Assembly (NCBI GenBank): GCA_049970015.1
Contig: JBMFNT010000008.1
Location: 1 to 27,759 of the forward strand
Source: Candidatus Micrarchaeia archaeon
GTDB lineage: Archaea; Micrarchaeota; Micrarchaeia; CAILAH01
DNA length: 27,759 nucleotides
Direction of reading: 5' to 3'
Both the position numbers and the translations under genes were made by a program. Below the pieces are notes generated by a model, which was not told the origin of the DNA, searched no databases, and worked only from the letters and a program-made list of their open reading frames with translations. This document shows, piece after piece, positions 1-9,219 of this stretch. Numbering within the stretch: the first letter of the stretch is position 1; the number at the start of each line of letters is the position of its first letter.

Positions 1-553
1 CTTCTTCTAGAACTTTCCCAACCTCACTTTCCATCTTTATTCTGTATGCCATGTTTGTGAGCAATTGAGAATCCTTCTCTTTAATTCCCTTTCCCTTAAA
101 ATTCTCTATTGTTTCTGCTTTATCAGCAATCTCTTTCAGCCTTCTCTTATCTTCCTCATCTTTCACTTCCTCATCAATCTTTTTCTTAAGCTCATCCTTC
201 CCATTCTTGTCAAGTTTCAGTTCCCAATATTTTAGAACATTTTTGAGCGCTTCTGCATCTTCATTTCCGTATTTAATCCCCCTTAACACATTGGTTGCAT
301 CCTTATATGTTGTTTGCATTCCCACTACTTCTTCCTTTTTAGTTTTTTTCTCAACCAGAACCTGGTTCTCCACACTAACATTTCTTTCCTGCGCAAGGCA
401 AACTTTCGGTGCCGACGCAAATATTGTACCAGCTAGAAGTAGCGCCGCAAATGTCTTTTTCACAGAACCCTTTGCAAACATCCTGCTCCTTGAGCATGTT
501 TCCATACCCAATTTTTCTGAACAACCATATCTAAACATTTTTTCTTTCATCAT
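1..553 (-). CDS. Partial (runs off window) secreted hypothetical protein, K/E-rich
   Basis: Not in the ORF track because it has no stop in the window. Manual translation from ATG 553 gives MMKEKMFRYG...KKTFAALLLAGTIFASAPKVCLAQERN..., open to position 1. Signal-peptide-like segment; ATGA overlap with the stop of the 550..1800 gene. Confidence 0.75.
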   Translation of the reverse strand, partial: MMKEKMFRYGCSEKLGMETCSRSRMFAKGSVKKTFAALLLAGTIFASAPKVCLAQERNVSVENQVLVEKKTKKEEVVGMQTTYKDATNVLRGIKYGNEDAEALKNVLKYWELKLDKNGKDELKKKIDEEVKDEEDKRRLKEIADKAETIENFKGKGIKEKDSQLLTNMAYRIKMESEVGKVLEE

Positions 554-1800
554 TTTACATCCCTCCATTTTCTGAGCCATACAACCACCATAACAATGAG
601 CGCAATCACAAGCACTATGATGAGGAAAGGTACAAAATCGCGCGCAACCGGCACAGGCACTTGCTCAGGCATTGCAGGTGTTTCCTTCTCCAGCATCTTT
701 GCGCTTGCGCTTACTACATTTCCGTTATACTCTACCTTATACTCTCCGCTTGGGAGATTAACAGTTATGTACTTCTCACCGCTAAAATCAACAATCTCCC
801 TATACAAAACCTCCCCACCTTTCCTTATCTCCACCATACCACTGCTCTGTGCATCCCTCCCATACTCATCTTTTGCTCTAAGCCTGATTGTAATTGGAGA
901 TTCATCAATAACTTCGATATCTTCGCTAACATTATTTCCTGCAATGTTCCATAGCTTCACATCCCTCTCAAGCAATCTCCCGCTGGATGAGAATAACACA
1001 TGCAGTTCTTCATACCCTGTGCTTAATGGCACTTCAACCCTTCCTATTCCTTCCATTTTTCCAACACTCTTCCCGTTCACAAAAACCTCATAACCGTTAA
1101 TGGCACAACTCTCAAACACAATCTTCTCTTTCTCAAATTTTATAATTCTCAGGTAGGGCTCTGAGTAAATTCCACTTGCAGCGCTTACCCTTGCATTCAG
1201 ATCCTTATAACCTATTTCAAGGCTCACTTTGCAATCATTACACAATGGCTGGCTAACAGTAGCAGTCCCATTAACTGGTGCAACACTATAATAACTCACA
1301 TCGCTTTTTCCATTGTATAATTTCTTCTCACTGGCAACATTCACAGACTCATCCACATTCTCAACTACAACATAAACCTTTCCTTCACTTTCATAAGTGC
1401 TCACTTTTACCCCATCCCCTTTCGCACTTATCTCAATAGGTATTCGGTGCTCAAACCCATCAATTTTAATAACCAAAACATAAACGCCCGGTGCAATGTG
1501 CTCGCTTATCTTAAAAGTTGCGTGTAAGTCATTTGTGCCAGGTATGATATACACCTCTTTTTCACCCAGCGGGTATGTTACCCCATCCCTTTCAAGGTAA
1601 TATTCCATCATACCCGTATACAACTCATTACTCTCAACACCAACCCAGAACTCGTTCTCAGACCCAGCCTCAGGGTACAATGTCGTAACCATTTCTCTTT
1701 CAACTGATAGTAAAGGTGTATAATCACACGTGGCTTGCACATAGCCAACAAGTAGAAGAGCTAAGAATAGCATACCCCTTACAGGAATAAAGCCATGCAT
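550..1800 (-). CDS. Cell-surface protein: signal peptide, beta-rich (Ig-like?) domains, C-terminal TM anchor
   Basis: 416-aa ORF; N-terminal hydrophobic stretch; C-terminal FVPFLIIVLVIALIVMVVVW followed by basic LRKWR. Confidence 0.75.
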   Translation of the reverse strand: MHGFIPVRGMLFLALLLVGYVQATCDYTPLLSVEREMVTTLYPEAGSENEFWVGVESNELYTGMMEYYLERDGVTYPLGEKEVYIIPGTNDLHATFKISEHIAPGVYVLVIKIDGFEHRIPIEISAKGDGVKVSTYESEGKVYVVVENVDESVNVASEKKLYNGKSDVSYYSVAPVNGTATVSQPLCNDCKVSLEIGYKDLNARVSAASGIYSEPYLRIIKFEKEKIVFESCAINGYEVFVNGKSVGKMEGIGRVEVPLSTGYEELHVLFSSSGRLLERDVKLWNIAGNNVSEDIEVIDESPITIRLRAKDEYGRDAQSSGMVEIRKGGEVLYREIVDFSGEKYITVNLPSGEYKVEYNGNVVSASAKMLEKETPAMPEQVPVPVARDFVPFLIIVLVIALIVMVVVWLRKWRDVK

Positions 1801-1804
1801 ACCA

Positions 1805-1845
1805 ATATTTCGTTCATTTTTTATATAAATGTTATATACCTAATC
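1805..1845. promoter_or_regulatory. Divergent promoter region with TATA-like boxes
   Basis: TTTTTATATAAAT and TTATATA in the 51-bp gap between divergent starts at 1800 and 1852. Confidence 0.45.
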
Positions 1846-1851
1846 CACAGC

Positions 1852-2424
1852 ATGTTAGGCCTTTCTAGAATAATCACAGATGCAATTGAAGAGCTTACAA
1901 GGGAGGAGGAGATGTACAGGGCAAGGAGGAGTGAGTATGAGGAAGTTGTGCGCCTGTGCGGCAGGGCAATGCAGATGATACACGCTTCACGCATTGATGA
2001 TGCAAAAGTCCTGTATGAAGATATTACTAAGATAGTCAAAAACCTGCCAATGCTTGGTAGTGATGAGCCTTCGCTTGTGGCAATGCAAGAGTATAGCGAG
2101 CTTAGCATAATGCTTTCGATTGTAACCGGTGAGGACGTTCCTCATTATAGGGCCCTTGGTGTAAGCCCAGATGCATACATCCTCGGCCTTGCTGATGCAG
2201 TAGGTGAGCTGAGAAGACAGGTTATAGAGGGTTTGAGGAGGGATGATTACGCGCATGCGAATGCAATGTTTGATAACATGAGTGAGATTTATGAGCTATT
2301 ATTGCCTGTGAGGTTTTCAAGTTCATTCCTACCAGGGTTCAGGAGAAAGCTTGATGTGGCACGCTCAGTTGTAGAGCAGTGCCGTCGTGATATTCTCATG
2401 TACAAGATATCAAAAAACTTATGA
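1852..2424 (+). CDS. Translin/TRAX family protein (archaeal C3PO-like RNase)
   Basis: Motifs QEYSE, YILGLADAVGELRR, FRRKLDVARSVVE. Start moved to ATG 1852 because the ORF-track start overlaps the divergent gene. Confidence 0.88.
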   Translation: MLGLSRIITDAIEELTREEEMYRARRSEYEEVVRLCGRAMQMIHASRIDDAKVLYEDITKIVKNLPMLGSDEPSLVAMQEYSELSIMLSIVTGEDVPHYRALGVSPDAYILGLADAVGELRRQVIEGLRRDDYAHANAMFDNMSEIYELLLPVRFSSSFLPGFRRKLDVARSVVEQCRRDILMYKISKNL

Positions 2425-2433
2425 GGTGTTATT

Positions 2434-3147
2434 ATGAATGAGGAATACAGGGAACATGTGCTTGAGTCTCTGAAGGGTGGCCAGAACCCACCTTTAGCAG
2501 TCATATACTGTTCAGACTCGCGTGTTGACTATACCATGTTCAGGGTGGGCCCTGGAAGTATATTTACAATTGAGAATGCTGGGAATGTGTTTGGCCTTGG
2601 TGCAGAATCAGAATCTTCCCTTGCATATGCACTTACCCACTTTTCATTCAATGGCACATTCAATATCTTGGTGCTTGGCCACACATTATGTGGTGCGGTT
2701 TCAGCAGCATGCTCAAAATACCCTGATTACAGCGCAGTATCACCGAGATCACTCTCAAGGCTTCTTGACCATATAAGGCCAGCAGTCGAGCGCGCCAGAG
2801 CAATGGAAGGAGATCTTATAGATAATGCAATACGTGAGAATGTGCTCGTCCAGATGTCAAATGTTAGCAAGTTTTTTGCAGGAATAGATAATGTAAAAGC
2901 AGGTAATGTATTCCTCTATGGAGCAGTGTATGAAATCTCTGGAAAAGATGACGTACTTCCGTTTGCTTGGAGGATGCGCCTGCGCGAGAACGGCAGGAAT
3001 GTAGAAAATCCATCTGTTGAGAAGATTGAGATGAAAGGTAGCGAAAGAAACCTTGACACGCTCATGTATGATATTATGAAGATTGATAGGAAGTTGGCGA
3101 AACGTGGCATCAATAGGAGTGGTCCACACTTGAAGGAAAAAAGATAA
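2434..3147 (+). CDS. Beta-class carbonic anhydrase
   Basis: CSDSR, NAGN and GHxxCGAV zinc-ligand motifs; SD GAGGTG upstream. Confidence 0.9.
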   Translation: MNEEYREHVLESLKGGQNPPLAVIYCSDSRVDYTMFRVGPGSIFTIENAGNVFGLGAESESSLAYALTHFSFNGTFNILVLGHTLCGAVSAACSKYPDYSAVSPRSLSRLLDHIRPAVERARAMEGDLIDNAIRENVLVQMSNVSKFFAGIDNVKAGNVFLYGAVYEISGKDDVLPFAWRMRLRENGRNVENPSVEKIEMKGSERNLDTLMYDIMKIDRKLAKRGINRSGPHLKEKR

Positions 3148-3166
3148 GATCATAATAAGATCATAA
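3144..3166 (+). repeat. 11-bp tandem duplication ATAAGATCATA x2 spanning the carbonic anhydrase stop codon
   Basis: 3144-3154 is identical to 3155-3165; TAA at 3145-3147. Confidence 0.7.
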
Positions 3167-3176
3167 GGTATAAAAC

Positions 3177-4397
3177 ATGTCTGACGTTGATGAGAAGATA
3201 GACATTGAGAAGAGTAGGCGCGAGATAAAGAAATATCTTGCAGAGCTTTCACAGATAAAGGGCAGTGGCACTGAGCTCATAAGCATATACATACCGCCAA
3301 ACTATCCCATAGCAGATGTTGCAAACAGGCTGCGCTCTGAGTACAGCCAGGCAAGCAACATAAAATCTAAGCAGACGAGGAACAATGTGTTGGGAGCACT
3401 TGAGCGCATACTTAACTTTCTTAAGCATTTTAACAAGCCACCTGATACAGGGATTGCAATATTCGCTGGCAATATATCACAGAACCCTGGGGAAAGCGAC
3501 ATAAAGCTATTCTATGTAATACCTCCAGACCCAATAACTGTGCAGTTATACAGATGCGATTCGCAGTTTTTCCTCGAGCCATTGCTCATATTTACAAAGC
3601 CTAAGGAGGTGTATGGTCTTCTAGCAATTGATGGGAGTGAGGCAACGCTTGCACTTCTTGAGGGCAAGAATGTCCGTATTGTGCGCAGGCTCGAGTCGCT
3701 TGCACCTTCAAAAACGCATAAGGGAGGGCAGAGCGCCCGAAGGTACCAGAGGATAGTTGAGCAGGAGAAGGAAGAGTATTACAAGAGGGTTGGCGAGGCG
3801 ATGGATGCAGTATTCCTCAATGTTGATAGGATGAAAGGGGTTATTGTGGGGGGTCCAGGCCCGGTTAAAGACTATTTCCTTGCGGGCAATTTCTTCAATT
3901 ACCAGATAAAGGTGCTTGGCAAGGTCGATACTGGATACTCAGATGAGTATGGCATCCAGGAGATGATGCAGAAAGTTGATGAGATAATATCAGAACACGA
4001 GGCAGTTAGGGAAAAAAAGATAGTAGGAAGGTTTATGGAACTTGTTGTTAAGGGTGGTGCTGCAGTTTATGGTATAAATGAGGTTAAGGATGCACTCAGT
4101 GCAGGGCGTGTTGATACTCTTCTAATTTCTGAGGATGCATATGTGCACAGGGTTAAGTACAGGTGCAACCGCTGCAATAAAGAAGAAACTAAGTATGTTT
4201 ATTCAAAAGATGAGCAGTTGCAATGTACCTGCGGTTCAACCTCAGTATCCATACTTGAGGACGATGATGTTATACAAGAGCTTGAAAACCTTGCAGAAAG
4301 CACAGGTTCAAAGATAGAATTCATATCAACCGAAACGCCGGAAGGTGCACAATTCAAATCAGGCTTTTATGGTATAGGTGCGATCCTAAGATTCTAA
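3177..4397 (+). CDS. prf1: Peptide chain release factor aRF1
   Basis: GTELISIYIP, NIKS, YRCDS, GGQS motifs; CxxC...CxC insertion in the C domain. Confidence 0.97.
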   Translation: MSDVDEKIDIEKSRREIKKYLAELSQIKGSGTELISIYIPPNYPIADVANRLRSEYSQASNIKSKQTRNNVLGALERILNFLKHFNKPPDTGIAIFAGNISQNPGESDIKLFYVIPPDPITVQLYRCDSQFFLEPLLIFTKPKEVYGLLAIDGSEATLALLEGKNVRIVRRLESLAPSKTHKGGQSARRYQRIVEQEKEEYYKRVGEAMDAVFLNVDRMKGVIVGGPGPVKDYFLAGNFFNYQIKVLGKVDTGYSDEYGIQEMMQKVDEIISEHEAVREKKIVGRFMELVVKGGAAVYGINEVKDALSAGRVDTLLISEDAYVHRVKYRCNRCNKEETKYVYSKDEQLQCTCGSTSVSILEDDDVIQELENLAESTGSKIEFISTETPEGAQFKSGFYGIGAILRF

Positions 4398-4873
4398 TTT
4401 CTTATCGTGATCCCACACCTTACCTCCCCAGCTTTCGGCACTTCAACTTTCATATGATCCTTGTAATAGTACGTTTTTGGCATCTCAGAGATACCCTGTA
4501 CAAGGATAATATAATCATTCTCTTTTATCATAGTAGAGCAATCGTTTATGCTCATCTTTTTGATCTCTGGTGTAATACAGTAATCCTCCTCAAATGCAAA
4601 ATTGCTCACATTCTTGCCGATCCTGCCAAGCCCTTGCGCAAACCCCACTCCACAGCTAAATATGCGTACTTTCTCCTCCTGTGTACTCCCACGCGTGTCC
4701 ATCACGATTGCAATCTTGCCAGAGTTCAGCAGGTATGACAGGCTCTCATATGATTGTATGGACTCATTTCCCAACACGAGCTCTCCACCATACCTTTTAT
4801 AAGTGATTCCGTATATAAAAACCCCTACCAGTGCAAGGCATAGCACTGCAATTATGAGCCATTTTCCATCCAT
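4394..4873 (-). CDS. Membrane-anchored hypothetical protein with a 4-Cys extracellular domain
   Basis: 159 aa; N-terminal TM; TAATG coupling to the upstream gene; SD GAGGTG. Confidence 0.75.
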   Translation of the reverse strand: MDGKWLIIAVLCLALVGVFIYGITYKRYGGELVLGNESIQSYESLSYLLNSGKIAIVMDTRGSTQEEKVRIFSCGVGFAQGLGRIGKNVSNFAFEEDYCITPEIKKMSINDCSTMIKENDYIILVQGISEMPKTYYYKDHMKVEVPKAGEVRCGITIRN

Positions 4874-6969
4874 TATTGCACCTCTCCTAGTATCACACCC
4901 AGTTTACACTGTTTAATATACTCATCACTGCCATAAACCCTTGCAGTTGACCAGTACTTGACCGAGAATGTTGTTGAATCAGTATTTTCTTTCCTTATGA
5001 ATATCACAGGCATGCTCCCAATAGTTTCCTCACATTTTTCAATGCTCATCTTCTCATTACCCGTGATATTAATACCAGAAGGTGCAGATGTCATTATGCA
5101 ACCAACATTGTTGAACTCGTAAGTATAGACGCTTTTATTCATATCTTCAATACTCTTTTTCAGCATCTCTGCACACTCCTTTGGCACATTTCCATTCCTA
5201 TTATCATTAACAACAGTTGCGTATTTGCTTGCTACCAGATCCTTGTAGAACACATCAAAACTCGAATTATTAGATTTCTCATTTATCAGAATGTACACTC
5301 CAATTGACCCACCGGCCACTGTAATAAATAATGCAATAAATATGAGAGACCATAACAATGTAGCAATCCTATGAAGCCGTATCTTTCCAGTGCCAACCAT
5401 GTATATGAATGCAGCCATCACTGCACCTGTACCTATTATATCTAACATAACGAGTGTTGCTGGGAACACGAACTCGCGCACTTGCTTCCTCTGTTGGTAT
5501 GTGCCACCAGTTGTTGATATGTATGCGCTTGCAAGCATATCTGAGTATGCGTTTGTGGCATCAACAACCTTGTTAAGGAGCGTATCAAGTGCATGCTCCC
5601 GTTTCACTTGGATTATTTCATCAATCTCATTCACAATCTCACTGTATTCATTTGTAACATTGTCTATCTCATCAGGTTTTATCTTTAAGCTAATCCTTTC
5701 ATCCAGCATTTCCTTTCTCTTCTTAACATCCTGCAACTGCTGGCTAAGCATTATGTTGTTTATCTCAATATCCCATTCAGCAATTATTATTTTCTTGCCA
5801 GCAGACTCTCTCAACCCATCTATTTTATTTACCTTTGAGAAATACTGCTCAATCTTTTTCTCCAGGTCATCCTCTAGTACGGAAATCTGTTTGAGGGTCA
5901 CATCAGCCTTATTATAATCACCCGCGTATATATTATCCCTTGCAGAATCTCTCTTCTTTTTTATAACCTCAATATCTTCTTTCAGTGAGCTTTCATCCAC
6001 GATCGAGCTTACTTTGATGACCTTGGCATAAAGCTCATTATATTTCTTATCAATGGCATCGAACCGCGCGCCAAACTCACTTTGCGTGTCAAGAAGCACT
6101 TTAAGATTTTTTCTTTCCTTTGTCCTGTTCAGTAGCTCATCGGTCAAGTCATCTACTGAGAAAAGGCTGGAGAGCCGCGCCTCATACTTGTTAGCATCAG
6201 ACTTGAGGTTGCTTGCAATATCAAACGAATAGTTTACTGGAGCACAATAGCTCTGCAGCCCTGAAGCAGGCAGAAGGTCGGAGAATAGGAAATTCTTGTT
6301 TATGTTTTCCGCACGCTTTGATATATCCTTCATCTTTTCTAGCATCCCTGTTACACTGTTTTTTATACCTGTGTTGTACTTTTCATAGCTTATTCCAGAC
6401 AAAGACTTGGAAGTACTGAGTATTATGCTCACATCCTCATCAAGCTTTCTCACATCATACTGCAGATTTTTCATCCCTTCTAAAAATTTCTCATCTTCAC
6501 CAATGCCCTCAATGGCTGCCTTGCACACCGGCACAGCTGCGCATGCAATCAGGCAGGACTCAGTATCATAACATTCCTTAAACTTAAGCCCAGTTATCTG
6601 GAGGCAGTATGCCTCTGGTGGGCTGTATGTGCGTATGTTATCCTTGTTGTATAGGTTCTTCCTTGACTCATTGAATGACAGTGTCATGTTCATGATTTGC
6701 GCGAGCTCATCATCTCTCAGGAAATCTTTGTTAAAATAGTACCTTTCAAGCACCTCACGTACAACCGCCCTATCCTCAACTATTTCACCATTATGCACAA
6801 TCATTATGGGCACATTATTGTAGTAATAGGCCACATATGCACCTTCAGGCCCAACCATATCTACATAAGTTATGTTGCTTACGCTCTCGTTTGGGCTAAG
6901 GTAATCCGCAATGTTAAAGCCCCACCCCAATGATGCAAAAACAACTAGCAGTAGTAGCTCCTTTTTCAT
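4873..6969 (-). CDS. Large surface/membrane protein: signal peptide, Cys cluster, long coiled coil, 2 TM, C-terminal 4-Cys domain
   Basis: 698-aa ORF; MKKELLLLVVFASLGWG signal; heptad-rich middle; two hydrophobic helices near the C-terminal third. Confidence 0.8.
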   Translation of the reverse strand: MKKELLLLVVFASLGWGFNIADYLSPNESVSNITYVDMVGPEGAYVAYYYNNVPIMIVHNGEIVEDRAVVREVLERYYFNKDFLRDDELAQIMNMTLSFNESRKNLYNKDNIRTYSPPEAYCLQITGLKFKECYDTESCLIACAAVPVCKAAIEGIGEDEKFLEGMKNLQYDVRKLDEDVSIILSTSKSLSGISYEKYNTGIKNSVTGMLEKMKDISKRAENINKNFLFSDLLPASGLQSYCAPVNYSFDIASNLKSDANKYEARLSSLFSVDDLTDELLNRTKERKNLKVLLDTQSEFGARFDAIDKKYNELYAKVIKVSSIVDESSLKEDIEVIKKKRDSARDNIYAGDYNKADVTLKQISVLEDDLEKKIEQYFSKVNKIDGLRESAGKKIIIAEWDIEINNIMLSQQLQDVKKRKEMLDERISLKIKPDEIDNVTNEYSEIVNEIDEIIQVKREHALDTLLNKVVDATNAYSDMLASAYISTTGGTYQQRKQVREFVFPATLVMLDIIGTGAVMAAFIYMVGTGKIRLHRIATLLWSLIFIALFITVAGGSIGVYILINEKSNNSSFDVFYKDLVASKYATVVNDNRNGNVPKECAEMLKKSIEDMNKSVYTYEFNNVGCIMTSAPSGINITGNEKMSIEKCEETIGSMPVIFIRKENTDSTTFSVKYWSTARVYGSDEYIKQCKLGVILGEVQ

Positions 6970-7024
6970 AACTTACATTTTACAGTGCAAATTAATAAAT
7001 GCTTAAGCAAGCAAAACCCATATA

Positions 7025-7954
7025 ATGATAAAAAGGGAACATGGGTATTATCCTTTTCTTGATTCCTCAAAGAAGGCTGTGAAGGAGGCTGGGATCGACA
7101 CATTGATTGATGAAAAGGTGTTGAACGCAGCTGAGCAGAGAGTCTATTCAGCCATAATGCACAAGGCAATATCCTTACCAAATTACTTTCGTACGGAGGA
7201 TGTGATACTTGATATAAAATCGTATGCAGTCTCAAGGGTTATTGTGAGCCTTCTTGGCAGGCGAATTGATGCATATGTTGAGGCGGAATCCAAGAGGGCA
7301 TTGGACATATGCAGGAAGGATAAAAGTGTGGATTGGCTTATGTCCGAGCTTGGCATTATACTCCAGAATACTGGTGAAATCCCTCTTAACATATACCTGC
7401 GACTTAGCATGTCATTTGAAAAGATGGGCATATCTAATAGGATTGTAAGGAATGGCTATGTATCAATTGATGAGCATGAGAAGACGGTCCTGCTGAAAGA
7501 GGCAATAAAACAGAAGATATATGACGGCTTGCCAATAAAGGAATCTCTCATAAATAATGAGATTAAGGCGCGTGTAGGCCCAATCGTTGATAAGCTTTCT
7601 TTGGAACTTGCCCTGAAATCTCCCAGCATTGGCAGGCAAAGCACGGATATTGCCCCGTGCATGCAAAAGATTATGGAGGAGCTTGGCACAGGTGCAAAAA
7701 CCTCGCACATAAGAAGATGGGCACTTGGTGTTTTTCTTATAAAGCGCGGGTGGGACATGGGCAGGATAGTAGAGGTATTCTCGCATGCACCAAACTTTAA
7801 TGAGAAGACAACCAGGTATCAGCTGGAGCACATAAAATCAAAGGGGTACGTGATGCCTTCCTGTGCAAGCCTGAAATCTCAAGGGATATGTGTTGCGAAC
7901 TGTGGGATAAAGAACCCTCTTCAGTACAAGAAGCCTTCCCAGGCCACAAAATGA
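7025..7954 (+). CDS. priL: DNA primase large subunit (Fe-S domain)
   Basis: YPFL N-terminal motif, APCM, HxxRW, PNFNEKTTRYQLEHI, PSCxxLxxxGICxxxCxxKNPLQY. Confidence 0.9.
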   Translation: MIKREHGYYPFLDSSKKAVKEAGIDTLIDEKVLNAAEQRVYSAIMHKAISLPNYFRTEDVILDIKSYAVSRVIVSLLGRRIDAYVEAESKRALDICRKDKSVDWLMSELGIILQNTGEIPLNIYLRLSMSFEKMGISNRIVRNGYVSIDEHEKTVLLKEAIKQKIYDGLPIKESLINNEIKARVGPIVDKLSLELALKSPSIGRQSTDIAPCMQKIMEELGTGAKTSHIRRWALGVFLIKRGWDMGRIVEVFSHAPNFNEKTTRYQLEHIKSKGYVMPSCASLKSQGICVANCGIKNPLQYKKPSQATK

Positions 7955-8431
7955 CTATAATTTCCCTATAAGTTTTCCCAGCTTTTCAAGCTCTTTCACA
8001 TCCAGTTTTTGAAGCTCATCATGTAAAACCGATATGAATAGCACATCTCCTTTCTCAATATTCCTTATTATACGTGTGGCAATATCTTCCTTTAAGAATC
8101 CGAGAAGCTCGTGAAGTTTTTTAATGTCATCATTTGAGAGCGGCCGATCCCCCTTTTTAACGCGCTCCATAGACCTTGATACTATACCCTTTATGTTCGA
8201 TGCAACTTTTTCATCGCCACTGATCTTAATCAGGCTCAGTATACTGTTTACGATTATGAGGTTTCTTTCGTACTTCTCCTCAAAGGCATCTGCAACCAAT
8301 CTTTTTTCCTCTGGAGTGAGCTTGCCAGCATTTATATGTTCTATGATCTCCTTTGGTGCATACCTTGAATTTCCCATCAGAAAAATATTACCTACAACAT
8401 TTTTAACTTTTGTGAGAGGGAAATCCCACAC
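7955..8431 (-). CDS. Hypothetical helical protein
   Basis: 158-aa ORF filling the gap between priL and dph5; GTG start; K/E/L-rich composition. Confidence 0.65.
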   Translation of the reverse strand: MWDFPLTKVKNVVGNIFLMGNSRYAPKEIIEHINAGKLTPEEKRLVADAFEEKYERNLIIVNSILSLIKISGDEKVASNIKGIVSRSMERVKKGDRPLSNDDIKKLHELLGFLKEDIATRIIRNIEKGDVLFISVLHDELQKLDVKELEKLGKLIGKL

Positions 8432-8451
8432 CTTTTAAGGGTGGGAGCATG

Positions 8452-9198
8452 TTACAGCATATCAAGAAGTTCTTTTTCCATAAAATGCAGCGTTCCAGGG
8501 AATACAAGCGTACACGTGCCATTGAACTTCATGTTTTCTATCTCACGTATGCTTTTGTAAACGATCCTTTGTGATTTACTTCCGATATTACATCCAACAA
8601 TTATTTTTCTGTCAGGGTCATAAACTCCACCCCTCCTCTCCTCCTCAATCTCTCTCAATATGTCAAGTGCATCGCCAACACTTAGCCTTTGCAGCGGTGA
8701 TGTATCAAGGAATACAATAGTATGAAGCCCTTCCCTTAGGTTGCTTGCAATCTTCTCATACACACTGTATGGCCGTATCCCTTTCTCGCGCATAGGTATT
8801 GTGCAACTGCCCCCAATCTTGTATATGTGCAGCCCGGTTTCACCTATGAGCGCATCATACACCGAACTGCCGTGTATGATTTCATAATCGATCCCCCTTC
8901 TCTTTGCCTCTATAACTATTGTTATGTGTGTTGTTGCAATCATCGGATCCCCTGGGACAAGCAGTGCAACATTGCTGTGCTTTGCCTCATCAAGAAAGCT
9001 TAGCCGTTCCTCAAGTTCATTCCTTTCAACAATTACTGGTTCTTTGCCTATTACATGGCAGAGCCGTTCCAGTTCCACATACTCAAACATTCTGGTGTAC
9101 CCGTCCAGGTAAACTTTTGAGCACATCTTACATACTTCTGCTCCCCTAACGCTTATGTCATCCCCTCTCCATAATCCAGTTCCTATAATGTATAACAT
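8452..9198 (-). CDS. dph5: Diphthine synthase
   Basis: MLYIIGTGL, GDPMIATTH, GLHIYKIG, GLHTIVFLD, LHFMEKE motifs. Confidence 0.95.
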   Translation of the reverse strand: MLYIIGTGLWRGDDISVRGAEVCKMCSKVYLDGYTRMFEYVELERLCHVIGKEPVIVERNELEERLSFLDEAKHSNVALLVPGDPMIATTHITIVIEAKRRGIDYEIIHGSSVYDALIGETGLHIYKIGGSCTIPMREKGIRPYSVYEKIASNLREGLHTIVFLDTSPLQRLSVGDALDILREIEEERRGGVYDPDRKIIVGCNIGSKSQRIVYKSIREIENMKFNGTCTLVFPGTLHFMEKELLDML

Positions 9199-9219
9199 TA
9201 TAACACCATTTTTCTTTAA

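Noticed and set aside
207..575. 122-aa plus-strand ORF
   Set aside because: Antisense shadow of the minus-strand 1..553 frame; S/F-rich composition typical of reverse-read K/E codons
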